Assembly: GCA_050253255.1 (NCBI GenBank)
Contig: JBFWJK010000002.1
Location: forward strand, 1-52,675
Direction of reading: 5' to 3'
From: Desulfobacteraceae bacterium
Lineage (GTDB): Bacteria; Desulfobacterota; Desulfobacteria; Desulfobacterales; JACKCP01
DNA length: 52,675 nt
Position numbers and translations under genes: made by a program. The notes under the pieces are model-generated. The model was given only the letters and a program-made list of their open reading frames with translations. It was not told the origin of the DNA and did no database searches. Below, one piece after another: positions 8,314 through 18,309 of this stretch. How positions within the stretch are numbered: the first letter of the stretch is position 1; the number at the start of each line of letters is the position of its first letter.

Positions 8314-8643
8314 TTATCCCCAATTATTTCTGAATTCATCCAAAAATACAACGTTGGATTCTGTACTATTTTTTAAAGTTTTAATCCCGAAGCAATTACA
8401 TGAAAGCCAGAACCTGAAACACTTTGGGCATAATTCAAAAATACAGCCGACATGATGATATCCTCCCTCTAGCACTCCGCAGTGGGGACACCTTTTTTTT
8501 ATGCTGCTATGAATTTCATATAATGTCTTGTTCCTCGGCTTATAGGGGAGAGCTTTGTAAAAAACTCCGTCTATTCTAATAAAATGTTTTACACATGATT
8601 CTGAAAGACCTTTTTCCCTGCCGCATAAACTGCATTTCGCCAT
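8314..8643 (-). CDS. Small Cys-rich putative zinc-binding protein
   Basis: 109 aa with CxxC pairs (CSLC, CPHC, CPKC) plus CNC and His residues. Lies 25 bp downstream of the batE-like gene on the same strand. Confidence 0.5.
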   Translation of the reverse strand: MAKCSLCGREKGLSESCVKHFIRIDGVFYKALPYKPRNKTLYEIHSSIKKRCPHCGVLEGGYHHVGCIFELCPKCFRFWLSCNCFGIKTLKNSTESNVVFLDEFRNNWG

Positions 8644-8668
8644 AACAATAAATTTTCTTTAACTTAAA

Positions 8669-9385
8669 TCAGATGACACCAAGTCTTGACTTATTTACCC
8701 ATCCCGGCTTTCCCTCAATTGTTAGAATTTTGCAGAAACCATCTTCGCATTTATTAATTTTAACCATTGAACCTTCAGAAAGAGAAAAAAGAGTTGATGC
8801 TTTTTCACTATGGGCCGAGAAAATCTTTGCTCCGCTTACGATTATACCTTTTTTACAAATATTATACTCAAGAAAGTAATTTATACAGCTTAAAATTAAA
8901 TAAATGCTTAAAATACATGTAATTATTTTAAAACCAAAAAATTTTTTCCTGAATAAAAGCAGAAACAGAAAAAAAACAAAAAAAACAAGAGACAAAATAT
9001 TTATAAAAAATTCAGAAAAATAAGTTCGTAAAAAAAATATTTTATCAGTTAAAAATGTTTGATTTTTATCATTAATCGAAAGTTTTGTAAGACAAACGTC
9101 CATATTGAATTTAAGGTCAGGATCAAAGAAAAGATATTTTTCTGCCTTTTTATACCACTGAAAAGCATGACCATATTTTTCAAGCTTAAAAAAGCAATTA
9201 CCAATATTAAAGGCAAGTTCACCTGTCACTTTGTAATTATCAGCCTCTGCCTGAAAAAGCTCAAGGGCCTTTTCATACTGATTTTCATTGTAGAATTTCA
9301 CAGCTTTGTCAAAGTCAGCAAAAGCACAAATAGGACTTAAAATAAAACCGGATAAAACCAGTAAATAAAAAAATTTCCTAAACAT
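8669..9385 (-). CDS. batE: BatE-like TPR + membrane + SH3 domain protein
   Basis: Signal peptide, TPR-like N-terminus (YENALELFQ, GNCFFKLEKYGHAFQWYKKA), hydrophobic helices and a C-terminal bacterial SH3-like segment (GSMVKINKCEDGFCKILTIEGKPGWV). Last gene of the Bat array. Confidence 0.7.
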   Translation of the reverse strand: MFRKFFYLLVLSGFILSPICAFADFDKAVKFYNENQYEKALELFQAEADNYKVTGELAFNIGNCFFKLEKYGHAFQWYKKAEKYLFFDPDLKFNMDVCLTKLSINDKNQTFLTDKIFFLRTYFSEFFINILSLVFFVFFLFLLLFRKKFFGFKIITCILSIYLILSCINYFLEYNICKKGIIVSGAKIFSAHSEKASTLFSLSEGSMVKINKCEDGFCKILTIEGKPGWVNKSRLGVI

Positions 9386-9387
9386 TT

Positions 9388-11076
9388 TTAAAACCTTTTA
9401 ATAAGATTTTTTCCCTTTGAAACCAGATTTTTCAAATCAAAGTCTGTATTTTCGCCGGAAAATTCTGCAAATTCAAGTTCTGATAAATATTTTTTTATTT
9501 CATCATCATCTGTTTTAGAGATAAAGGTTTCAACTGTTTCACCATACTTCTCCAGAAAATAATTATTTAAAACAAATCTAAGTTCATGGATATTTTTCTT
9601 TTCAGAATTTTTCTTTTCAATACTACCAAGTTTTTTAAGACATACAGTTTTTATATTTTTTGAAAATACTGAAGGAGTTATTTTTCTAAACATTAAAAAA
9701 AGACAAAAACAAAAACCTGTTGCAATATAAAGCTTTAAAAATAAAGAATAATCCGGAACCGAAGAAAACATGGTTTCCTTTTGTTCCTTTAAATAAATTA
9801 TATCATCCCTTAATTTGGGTTTTTTTATTTTTTTATCCTCTTTTTTTTCAATAATTTTATTTTCTGAATTTTGTTTTTTTTCCGGAATTTCACCAATTTC
9901 ACCTGTTACTGAAAAAGTTTTTTTCTCAATTCCAATATCAACCCATTTTTCTTTTTCAGGATCAAAAAAACAAAATTTCTGGCCTGGAATTTCAAAGGTT
10001 CCTGATTTTGATGGAACAACGGCATAATTAAATGTAACCTCGCCCTCTTCACCCTTTGAAGATTTTTTTAATTCAAATTTTGGATTATCAGGATAAATTT
10101 TAAAATCATCTGTGCTGTAAATTTCAGGAAGCTTTATATCAGAAAGGTTTCCAATTCCTTTTACTCTTATCCTGTAATTGATGAAATCGTCTGCTGAAAT
10201 TGTGTTTTTATCGATATCTGCAGATACGGAAATCCGGCCGATTATGTTTGAAAAAAAAGAATTTAAGCTGTTTTTTGGAAGTTTTTTTATAACGTATGGT
10301 ACATCCTGTGTAAAAATAATTTTTTTGGAAGTCTGGAATGTTGAAAATCCAGGATCACTGAAAAATGGATCATTAAAAAAAGAATTGTTCTGTCTTGATG
10401 TTCTTCTGCCTGTTTGGGCCTCGATTCTAACAGGAGGTATCTGTCCCTCAGCTGTGGCAAAAGGATAAAGTGCATAAATAATTTCTGATACTGTATATGT
10501 TTTTTTGCCGATGATTTTGGAATATGTTCTGTCATCAAGTCTTTCTGCCTTGAAATTTTTAAAATCAGGCTCTTCAAATCCGATTTTCAATACACTTTCA
10601 TCAGAATAAATTAAAATTTTAAACTCCACTGCCTCACTTATATATGGTGAACTGTCGGAAATAAAAGCCCTGGCAAAAAAATTGTCTTTCCCTGGAATTC
10701 CGGCATCTGTTTTGGAAACATTTATTTCAAGGGGATTGGTTTTAAAACTCCCCTTATTTGTTTCAATTTCAAATGGAGGAATAATAATTTTTCCTTCTTT
10801 TACAGGAAGAACATTGAATGTATAAATAATTTTTTCTTCACGTTTTCCGTTTATAATTCTTATGCTTGAGCTTGTTGATGATGAAAGGACTTTTAATCCT
10901 TCAATTTGGGGAAGGTTAACGCTTCCTTTTGCATTTTCAACGCTTACAATAATATTAAATGTTTCATTTGTCTTTACTTCTGTTCTGTCAGCTCGTATTG
11001 CCACACTGGAAGCAAAAGAAAAATCTGTTAAGAAAATCAGAATAATAAAAGTAGAGAAAAACAAGAGTCTTTTCAT
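9388..11076 (-). CDS. batD: BatD-like oxygen-tolerance protein
   Basis: 562 aa. Signal peptide, repeated Ig-like segments (VSVENAKGSVNLPQIEGLKVL, PPFEIETNKGSFKTNPLEINV), a late TM helix and a cytoplasmic tail. Position matches Bat operons. Confidence 0.75.
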   Translation of the reverse strand: MKRLLFFSTFIILIFLTDFSFASSVAIRADRTEVKTNETFNIIVSVENAKGSVNLPQIEGLKVLSSSTSSSIRIINGKREEKIIYTFNVLPVKEGKIIIPPFEIETNKGSFKTNPLEINVSKTDAGIPGKDNFFARAFISDSSPYISEAVEFKILIYSDESVLKIGFEEPDFKNFKAERLDDRTYSKIIGKKTYTVSEIIYALYPFATAEGQIPPVRIEAQTGRRTSRQNNSFFNDPFFSDPGFSTFQTSKKIIFTQDVPYVIKKLPKNSLNSFFSNIIGRISVSADIDKNTISADDFINYRIRVKGIGNLSDIKLPEIYSTDDFKIYPDNPKFELKKSSKGEEGEVTFNYAVVPSKSGTFEIPGQKFCFFDPEKEKWVDIGIEKKTFSVTGEIGEIPEKKQNSENKIIEKKEDKKIKKPKLRDDIIYLKEQKETMFSSVPDYSLFLKLYIATGFCFCLFLMFRKITPSVFSKNIKTVCLKKLGSIEKKNSEKKNIHELRFVLNNYFLEKYGETVETFISKTDDDEIKKYLSELEFAEFSGENTDFDLKNLVSKGKNLIKRF

Positions 11077-12899
11077 TACCAGTCCTTTTCAACTTCTTTT
11101 TTTTGATAATATGGAATAAGTCCCATGGGTTTGTCTTTTACCTTATTAAAAAGATCATATTCATAATTAAATTTTTTTGGGGAATTATTTTCTTTTTTAT
11201 TTAAACCGGAAACTGCTTCTTTATTTTCATTATCATTTTCAGGCTTATTTTTATTATCTTTCTCTTCAGATAATTCTTTATCTTTATTTTTGTCCTGTTT
11301 GTTAAAATCTGATTCTTCTTTTTTTTCAGGGTTGTCTTTAAAAGGTTCATTTTCTGGCTTCTCAAAATTCTTGTCTTTATTTAAATTTTGTCCTTCTTTT
11401 GTTTTGTCATCTGATTTTTTTGAATCTTGATTATTTTCTGAATTTTTATTGTTTTCCTTATTTTTATTATCTTTTGAATCTTTATTTTCCTCTTCCTGTT
11501 TTTTTTTGTTTTTAAGCATTTTAGCAAGAGTTAAATTTTTTTTTGCATCGTTGTCTTGTGGAAATTTTTCAAGATATTTTTCATAGAGCTCTATTGACTT
11601 GTCATAATTTCCTTTTAAAAGGTGGATATTTGCAAGATTAAAAAGGGAATTAAACTTTATATCATCTGGAGCTTTTTCTGATTCATAAACCTTTTCATAA
11701 TTTTTCTGAGCATTTTCAAGGTCATTTTTCTTATAGGAAGCATTTCCTATATTATAATAAAGTTTTATATCATCAGGGTTTTCTATCTGATCTTTTACCC
11801 AGGCCTGGTATGCTTTTTCATAATTTTTATTTTTGTAGTTCTCAAGTCCTTCAGTTTTGAGATTTTTTGAATATGATTCACAGGGAAGCAAAAAAACAAG
11901 TAAAAAAACAAATATTTTTAAACTGATTTTTTTCCTTAAAATAAAAGATAAAATCATTGAAAAAAAAGCAAGCAGTCCAAAAAGTCTGTATGAACTTGTA
12001 TTTTCAATATTTTCTTTTTGCTCAAATTCCTTTAAATCCATTTTGTCCCTGATCTGCTTTTCATAAATATTTTTAAGGTCAAATCCCTGCTGCGCATCAA
12101 AATACATTCCTTTAAATTTATTGGAAACATCCCTTAAAACTTTGTCATCTTTTTTTGAAATTAGAATTTTACCCTGGTCATCCTTTAAAAAACCTTTATT
12201 TTCAAGAGGTACAGGCCCGCCTTTTTCTGTTGCAATTCCAATTGTAAAAACAACAATATCTTTTTTTTTCTCCAGAGAATTCAAATCTTTTCCTGTATTT
12301 TTCTCTCCGTCTGAAATAAAAATCACAACTTTAGAATCACTGCTTTTTTGATCAAAAAGACTAAAGGCCTTTTCAAGTGCTTTGTAAATATTTGTACCGC
12401 CTACCGGAAAAGTGTATGGGGAAACATTTTCAAGAAAAAGATCAAAACCTCTGTAATCAAGGGTAAGCGGAGAAAGAACAAAAGCATCTCCTGCAAATAC
12501 CACAAGCCCAGCTTTGTCACCTTTTAAGTTTTTCACCAGATTGGAAATTTCAAGTCTGGCCCTTTTGATTCTTGAAGGTTTAACATCTTCGCAAAGCATA
12601 CTTTTTGAAACATCAAGAACAAAAACAATTTCAACGCCTTTTTTTAAAATTTCTGTTTTTTTATAACCTGTTACAGGACCAAGAATTGAAACAATCAAAA
12701 AAAATACAGCAAATCCTGCCAAAAAATCAGAAAAAAATCTTTTTTTATTAAGATTATTAATGGTTATTTTTTTTAATGCTTCAGAATTTGAAAAATGATT
12801 TAAAATCTTTTTTCTCTGCACCCTTGAATAAATAAAAAGACATATGACAGCAGGAATAAAAATTAAAATCCAGAAATATTGAGGATATAAAAACTTCAT
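11076..12899 (-). CDS. batB: BatB-like VWA protein fused to BatC-like TPR repeats and a K/N/E/D-rich tail
   Basis: Two N-terminal TM helices. VWA MIDAS motif (VFVLDVSKSM ... ISDGEKNTG). A central TM helix, then TPR repeats (YEKAYQAW, GNASYKKNDLENAQKNYEKV, ANIHLLKGNYDKSIELYEKY). A low-complexity tail of about 130 aa is encoded at 11130-11516. Confidence 0.8.
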   Translation of the reverse strand: MKFLYPQYFWILIFIPAVICLFIYSRVQRKKILNHFSNSEALKKITINNLNKKRFFSDFLAGFAVFFLIVSILGPVTGYKKTEILKKGVEIVFVLDVSKSMLCEDVKPSRIKRARLEISNLVKNLKGDKAGLVVFAGDAFVLSPLTLDYRGFDLFLENVSPYTFPVGGTNIYKALEKAFSLFDQKSSDSKVVIFISDGEKNTGKDLNSLEKKKDIVVFTIGIATEKGGPVPLENKGFLKDDQGKILISKKDDKVLRDVSNKFKGMYFDAQQGFDLKNIYEKQIRDKMDLKEFEQKENIENTSSYRLFGLLAFFSMILSFILRKKISLKIFVFLLVFLLPCESYSKNLKTEGLENYKNKNYEKAYQAWVKDQIENPDDIKLYYNIGNASYKKNDLENAQKNYEKVYESEKAPDDIKFNSLFNLANIHLLKGNYDKSIELYEKYLEKFPQDNDAKKNLTLAKMLKNKKKQEEENKDSKDNKNKENNKNSENNQDSKKSDDKTKEGQNLNKDKNFEKPENEPFKDNPEKKEESDFNKQDKNKDKELSEEKDNKNKPENDNENKEAVSGLNKKENNSPKKFNYEYDLFNKVKDKPMGLIPYYQKKEVEKDW

Positions 12900-13876
12900 G
12901 GTATTTCAATTAATCTTTTGTGGGTTAAAAAAATACTCAGCAAAAATAAAAAAAGAGAAATAAATAAAAAATTAAGATAATACTCATTATCTGTATCAAA
13001 AATTTCAACTTTTACAGTTGTGCTTTCAAGTTCATTTATATTTTTATATATGTTTTCAAGCTCTTTTCTGTTTTTTGCATTAAAGTAAAGTCCGTCTGTT
13101 TTTTCTGCAATTTCTTTTAAAAGCTCTTCATCAATTGAGACTCTTCCCTTTCTTAGAACTTCCCTTCCAAAAAAGTCTTTAACCGGAAAAGGTGCATAGC
13201 CTGTAGTTCCTATCCCAATTGTATAAATTTTAATATTTTTTTCACCTGCTTGTTGTGCAGCAGGCATTGGCGGAATTTCACCGCTGTTACTTTCTCCGTC
13301 TGTAACAAGAATAATTATATTATTTTTGCTTTCAATATCTTCAAGCCTTTTTGAAGATACTGCTATTGCATCGCCTATTGCAGTATTTTCTCCGGCCATT
13401 CCTATAAGAATTTTATCTATAAAAAAATCTATTGAACTGTAATCCCGTGTAAGAGGAAGAAGAGTAAAGGCATGGGTTCCAAAAACAACAATTCCTATTC
13501 TGTCGCCTTCCCTTTTTTTTATAAAGTCTGAAACAATTTCCTTTAATACATCAAGTCTTGATAAGGTCATGGATTCATCCATGTCCCTTGCTCTCATGCT
13601 TCCTGAAACATCTAAGGCAAGAACTATATTTACCCCTTTTGACTCATAAAAAGTTTTTTGTTCTCCGGTGCGCGGATTTGCAAGTGCAATAACAAGAAAT
13701 AAAAGTGCAAGATATTTCAAAAAAGTATTCAGGTGAAAAAAAAGAAGATTTCCAGACTTTAAACTGAATGGATGACTTCTCAGGAAAAAACCTGGTTCTG
13801 ATTTTTTTTCAATAAAATAAATAAAAGGAATAATTAAAAGCAAAAATAAATATATGGGGGATTCAAACTCAAACAT
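12896..13876 (-). CDS. batA: BatA-like membrane-anchored VWA protein
   Basis: N-terminal TM helices, VWA MIDAS motif (VLALDVSGSM ... VTDGESNSG), C-terminal TM helix. ATGA overlap with batB. Confidence 0.8.
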   Translation of the reverse strand: MFEFESPIYLFLLLIIPFIYFIEKKSEPGFFLRSHPFSLKSGNLLFFHLNTFLKYLALLFLVIALANPRTGEQKTFYESKGVNIVLALDVSGSMRARDMDESMTLSRLDVLKEIVSDFIKKREGDRIGIVVFGTHAFTLLPLTRDYSSIDFFIDKILIGMAGENTAIGDAIAVSSKRLEDIESKNNIIILVTDGESNSGEIPPMPAAQQAGEKNIKIYTIGIGTTGYAPFPVKDFFGREVLRKGRVSIDEELLKEIAEKTDGLYFNAKNRKELENIYKNINELESTTVKVEIFDTDNEYYLNFLFISLFLFLLSIFLTHKRLIEIP

Positions 13877-13878
13877 TT

Positions 13879-14403
13879 TTATATTTGATCTTTTTTCGAT
13901 TTTAAATTTTTAATATCTGAAACAATAAATTCTTTTAAATACAAATAAAAAAAATCAAAGGTTTCCCTGTCATATACTTTTGAATCAGAAAACCTTATTT
14001 TTTCACTATGATTTAAAAACCTTAAAATCTTTTCAAAATCATCATCAAAAAAGACACCTTCTGTTTTTTTCTTAATCTCTTTTTCAGACATTGCCGAAAA
14101 ATCGCTGCCTAATTTAAGGCCGAGATATTTTTTAAAAACAATAAAAAGATCTGTCCATTTTTCCTTTAAGTCATTTACCTGGTCAGTTTTAATTTTTTCA
14201 AGTTCATCAATTATAATTTTTTCATATAAAATTTTTTCAGGCTGATTTTTCTTTGATTTGATTTTTTTTAATAGAAAAAAGAGTAAAATTACTGCTGCTG
14301 AAATTAAAATAACGGCAATCAGCAAAAAAGGGTCAAAACCTTTATCAAATTCTGCAAGCCCTTTAATATCAGCCATTTGTTTTGCAATATCCAAATTATC
14401 CAT
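13879..14403 (-). CDS. DUF4381-like single-pass membrane protein of MoxR/VWA operons
   Basis: 174 aa with one TM helix (FLLIAVILISAAVILLFFLL). The conserved position between the DUF58 and batA genes fits. Overlaps the DUF58 gene by 8 nt. Confidence 0.5.
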   Translation of the reverse strand: MDNLDIAKQMADIKGLAEFDKGFDPFLLIAVILISAAVILLFFLLKKIKSKKNQPEKILYEKIIIDELEKIKTDQVNDLKEKWTDLFIVFKKYLGLKLGSDFSAMSEKEIKKKTEGVFFDDDFEKILRFLNHSEKIRFSDSKVYDRETFDFFYLYLKEFIVSDIKNLKSKKDQI

Positions 14404-15289
14404 GGGTTTTTTGTACCCTCATATGCCTGAATCTGAAATAATTTATCAAAAAATCAGCTGAAGACTGATCTGTATCAAGAATTAAAAGATCCGAGTTAAT
14501 TTTTTGAAATTTTTTCTTTAAATTATTTTCAAACTCAAGCCCTTTTTTAATTAAAAGATTTTTCTCTTTTTTGGAACTTAGATCAAAAAAAACTTTTTGG
14601 TCTGTTTCAGGGTCAAGAAAAGAAACAAGCCCTTTTTCAGGAAAGGAAAAATCGTTTTTATCACTTATTTTAACACCAATAATCTGATTGTCTTTTTTTG
14701 CCATTTTAAGTTCATGATAAAAATCATCTGAAATAAAATCCGAAACAAGAAAGCAGATTGTTTTTGACCCTGAAACCTTTGAAAAAAAGTTCAATGCCTT
14801 TGAAATATCTGTTTTAAGGCCTTTTTTCCTTTCAAATGTATAAATTTCCTTAATAAGCCTCCATACATGGGAAACACCTTTTTTCGGAGGAAGATAAAGT
14901 TCTACATCATCTGTAAAAAGAATAAGCCCTGCCCTGTCATTGTTTTTTATTGCAGCATATGCTGCAACAGCTGCAAATTCAGCTGCTTTTTCAGTTTTTG
15001 TCATGGAAGAACTTGTAAAAATTCCAGAGGAACTCATATCTATCATTATAATTACACAAGCCTCCCTTTCCTCCCTGAAAACCTTTATATAAGGCCTGTT
15101 CATTCTTGCTGAAACCTTCCAGTCAATTGCCCTTACATCGTCTCCCGGCTTATATTCCCTTACTTCCTCAAACTCCATCCCCGAACCTCTGAATACAGAC
15201 CTGTACTGCCCGCTCATTGCAGCACTTACCATAAGAGAGGTCTTTAAATGGAGTTTCTTTATTTTTTTGAGTTCTTCTTTTGAAATCAT
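14396..15289 (-). CDS. DUF58 protein (degenerate VWA partner of MoxR)
   Basis: Hallmark DUF58 motif RGSGMEFEEVREYKPGDDVRAIDWKVSAR followed by a VWA-like beta strand (VIIMIDMSSS). Confidence 0.85.
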   Translation of the reverse strand: MISKEELKKIKKLHLKTSLMVSAAMSGQYRSVFRGSGMEFEEVREYKPGDDVRAIDWKVSARMNRPYIKVFREEREACVIIMIDMSSSGIFTSSSMTKTEKAAEFAAVAAYAAIKNNDRAGLILFTDDVELYLPPKKGVSHVWRLIKEIYTFERKKGLKTDISKALNFFSKVSGSKTICFLVSDFISDDFYHELKMAKKDNQIIGVKISDKNDFSFPEKGLVSFLDPETDQKVFFDLSSKKEKNLLIKKGLEFENNLKKKFQKINSDLLILDTDQSSADFLINYFRFRHMRVQKTHG

Positions 15290-15295
15290 AAAGTT

Positions 15296-16270
15296 TTATG
15301 GAACGCTTATTTTATTTAAAATTTCTTCAATTACAGCTTCACTTTCTATATCTTCTGCTTCTGCTTCATATGATAAAAGAATTCTGTGCCGTAAAACATC
15401 ATAGGCAGCATCTTTTATATCATTTGGGATTACATATGCGCGTTTGTCAAGCAAAGCCCTTGCCTTGGAAGCAAGTGCTAGAAACATTGTTGCCCTTGGA
15501 GATGCTCCAAACCTTATATATTCTTTTATATCAAGATTGTAATCACCCGGATTTCTTGAGGCACACACAAGATCTACAATATAGTTTTTAAGACTTTCAT
15601 CCATATATATTTTAAAAACAAGTTCTGACATTTCCTCAATCTGCAAAGGATCTGCAACAGGATTTATTTTTTCAGGTTTTGAAAAAATCATTTTCTCAAG
15701 AATAAGCTTTTCTTCTTCTTTAGTGGGATAATCAATTTTAAGTTTTAACATGAACCTGTCCACCTGAGCTTCTGGAAGAGGATATGTTCCTTCCTGCTCA
15801 ATCGGATTTTGAGTTGCAAGCACAAGAAAGGGAGACGGAAGAAAATAGGTTTTGTCTCCTATTGTAACCTGTTTTTCCTGCATTGCTTCCAAAAGTGCAG
15901 ACTGAACCTTTGACGGAGCCCTGTTTATTTCATCTGCAAGAATTATATTATTGAAAACAGGCCCTTTTTTAACTGTGAAATCACCTGTTTTAGGAAGATA
16001 AATTTCTGTACCGACTATATCTGCAGGAAGTAAATCAGGGGTAAACTGAATCCTTTTAAAACCTAAATTCACAGTTTCAGAAAGAGCTTTGACTGAACTT
16101 GTTTTTGCAAGGCCGGGAACCCCTTCCAAAAGAACATGCTGTTTTGTTATAAGTGCTGTGAGAAGCCCGTCGCAAAGTTTGGTTTGGCCTACAAGATGTT
16201 TTTTTACTTCATTTCTAATCTGGTCAATAACTTCTGAAATCTGAGCAATTTTTTCCTTAATTTCATCCAT
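15296..16270 (-). CDS. moxR: MoxR-family AAA+ ATPase
   Basis: Walker A GVPGLAKT, Walker B IILADEINRA, MoxR-type QNPIEQEGTYPLPEAQVDRF. First gene of the Bat operon. Confidence 0.9.
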   Translation of the reverse strand: MDEIKEKIAQISEVIDQIRNEVKKHLVGQTKLCDGLLTALITKQHVLLEGVPGLAKTSSVKALSETVNLGFKRIQFTPDLLPADIVGTEIYLPKTGDFTVKKGPVFNNIILADEINRAPSKVQSALLEAMQEKQVTIGDKTYFLPSPFLVLATQNPIEQEGTYPLPEAQVDRFMLKLKIDYPTKEEEKLILEKMIFSKPEKINPVADPLQIEEMSELVFKIYMDESLKNYIVDLVCASRNPGDYNLDIKEYIRFGASPRATMFLALASKARALLDKRAYVIPNDIKDAAYDVLRHRILLSYEAEAEDIESEAVIEEILNKISVP

Positions 16271-16360
16271 AAAGTAAAAAACCCTATAATTTAAATTTTT
16301 CTGTTTAATAATACTCTGTCTATGAAGATTAAAATTAATAATTTAGAAGTAAATTTCAAG

Positions 16361-16401
16361 AAATAAAAAAAGCCGCACGTATAAAGGAATAGTGCGGCTT
16401 T
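16361..16401 (-). terminator. Rho-independent terminator of the small membrane-protein gene
   Basis: 10-bp stem AAAGCCGCAC/GTGCGGCTTT (16368-16377 / 16392-16401). On the minus strand it is followed by a T7 run (16361-16367). Confidence 0.65.
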
Positions 16402-16423
16402 AAAAGAAAGGAAACAACAATTT

Positions 16424-16621
16424 TTAGTGCTTTGGGTTAAAGCCTTCAATTATAAGAATATTTGCGAAATATGTTGGAAATCCTAAAAGGATACCGCCAA
16501 GAAAATAATTTGATCCTGCTCCGCCGATTCCTTTGGAAACACCAACAAAAATCAAAACAATTGCAAGCCAGATAATTGCATTTAAAACAGTAGGCTTAAA
16601 AGGCAAAAATTCCATGATCAT
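16424..16621 (-). CDS. Small two-TM membrane protein, unknown function
   Basis: 65-aa ORF with two hydrophobic helices separated by GIGGAGSN. It has its own terminator and is separated from both neighbours by more than 150 bp. Confidence 0.45.
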   Translation of the reverse strand: MIMEFLPFKPTVLNAIIWLAIVLIFVGVSKGIGGAGSNYFLGGILLGFPTYFANILIIEGFNPKH

Positions 16622-16780
16622 ACTCCTTGTATTTTATTAAAATTATTTTAAGTCGTTTTTTTATGTCAAATTTATATTAAAGTTTTTTATCTTATTTAAA
16701 AATAAAGTCAAATCTAAAATTGAATTACCGACTTAAAAAAATTCTATCCTGAAACTCTGGATTTATTAATTAACCAGTAA

Positions 16781-18007
16781 TTAATCCATTACTACACCGT
16801 AATCACTTCCGTATTTATCCACCACAAAATCAATATCCTTGTCTCCTCTGCCTGAAAGGTTTACAAGGATTGATTTCCCTTTTCCAAGCTCAGGTGCAAG
16901 TTTTATTGCATGTGCAACTGCATGGCTGCTTTCAATTGCAGGAATTATTCCTTCAGTTCTTGAAAGCTCGAAAAAAGCATCAATTGTTTCTTTGTCGCTT
17001 ATTGTTACATAATTTACTCTTTTCAGATCCTTTAAAAGAGAATGCTGAGGACCTACACCTGGATAATCAAGACCGCTTGCAACAGAATAAACTTCAAGCG
17101 GATTTCCTTTTTCATCCTGTAAAAGATAGGATTTAAAACCATGAAGAATCCCAGGGGTTCCAAGTTTTAAAGTTGCAGCATGTTTTCCCGGCTCAAATCC
17201 GGTTCCTGAAGGCTCAACACCATAAATTGAAACAGACTCGTCTTCAAGAAAAGCAGTAAAAAGACCCATTGCATTTGAACCGCCTCCAACACAGGCTGCT
17301 ATGGCATCCGGGAGTTTGCCGCAGGCTTCCTGGAACTGCTCCCTTGCCTCGTATCCGACTATCTGCTGAAAATCTCTTACCATCATTGGAAAAGGATGGG
17401 GACCTACAACAGAACCTATTGCATAAAGCTGGGTTACAGGATCTTCAAGGTATGCTTCAAATGCTGCATCCACTGCATCCTTGAGGGTCTTTGTTCCTCT
17501 TGTGACAGGGATTACATTCGCGCCAAGAATTTTCATTCTTACAACATTTGGATGTTCTTTTTTAATATCAACAACACCCATGTAAATATCGCATTCAAGA
17601 CCTGTCATAACGGCTGCTGTTGCAAGAGCGACTCCGTGCTGACCTGCTCCTGTTTCAGCAATAACCTTTTTCTTACCCATTTTCTTTGCAAGGAGTGCTT
17701 CACCAAGACAGTGATTTATCTTGTGAGCTCCTGTATGATTGAGGTCTTCCCTTTTAAAATAAATATCTGCTCCACCAAGTTTTTTTGAGAGATTTTTAGC
17801 ATAATAAATAGGGCTTGGTCTTCCCACATAAGTTCTGTAGAGATGCAGAAGTTCTTCCTGGAAAGACTTGTCATTTTTGATCTCAATATATGCTTCAGTT
17901 ATTTCCTTCATGATCTTTTCAAGTTCAGGAGGAATAAAACTTCCGCCGTATTCACCAAAAAAGCCCGACTCATCAGGCATTTCATAATTTAAAACTTTTT
18001 TGCTCAT
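16781..18007 (-). CDS. trpB: Tryptophan synthase beta chain
   Basis: [13 protein letters not shown], the PLP-lysine motif [15 protein letters not shown], and GGGSNAMG; 408 aa. Confidence 0.92.
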   Translation of the reverse strand: MSKKVLNYEMPDESGFFGEYGGSFIPPELEKIMKEITEAYIEIKNDKSFQEELLHLYRTYVGRPSPIYYAKNLSKKLGGADIYFKREDLNHTGAHKINHCLGEALLAKKMGKKKVIAETGAGQHGVALATAAVMTGLECDIYMGVVDIKKEHPNVVRMKILGANVIPVTRGTKTLKDAVDAAFEAYLEDPVTQLYAIGSVVGPHPFPMMVRDFQQIVGYEAREQFQEACGKLPDAIAACVGGGSNAMGLFTAFLEDESVSIYGVEPSGTGFEPGKHAATLKLGTPGILHGFKSYLLQDEKGNPLEVYSVASGLDYPGVGPQHSLLKDLKRVNYVTISDKETIDAFFELSRTEGIIPAIESSHAVAHAIKLAPELGKGKSILVNLSGRGDKDIDFVVDKYGSDYGVVMD

Positions 18008-18309
18008 TTCCCTGATCCTTCAAAATTAAAATTATCCAAGATTTTTTTTACACAGGAATCTTCTTTTTTCAGAATTTTTGAACCTCTAGTAATTTTACAC
18101 AGGGAAATTTTATAATCCTGTGCAATTTTTCTCTGAGGCTGGCCGCTGTATACAGCCTTGAGAAGTTTCCATCTCAATACAAGATCAAAACATTCTTTTC
18201 CGGTCATGATTTCTTCAATAAAAGCTTTCATTTCTGACTTGTCTGTTATTTCGCAGAATATATCTGCAAGTTCATCAAAAGCTTTTTCATCTAATGTTCT
18301 CTGGCTCAT
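18004..18309 (-). CDS. TrpR-related YerC/YecD-family DNA-binding protein
   Basis: The segment [42 protein letters not shown] matches the YerC/YecD helix-turn-helix region. I prefer the start at 18309, which follows a G-rich Shine-Dalgarno sequence. The track start at 18336 is the alternative. ATGA overlap with trpB. Confidence 0.7.
   Translation of the reverse strand: MSQRTLDEKAFDELADIFCEITDKSEMKAFIEEIMTGKECFDLVLRWKLLKAVYSGQPQRKIAQDYKISLCKITRGSKILKKEDSCVKKILDNFNFEGSGK

Noticed and set aside
11130-11516. Repetitive A/T-rich nucleotide stretch, considered as a tandem repeat or CRISPR-like array.
   Set aside because: It is in frame within batB and encodes a K/N/E/D-rich low-complexity tail. 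It has no regular repeat-spacer periodicity.
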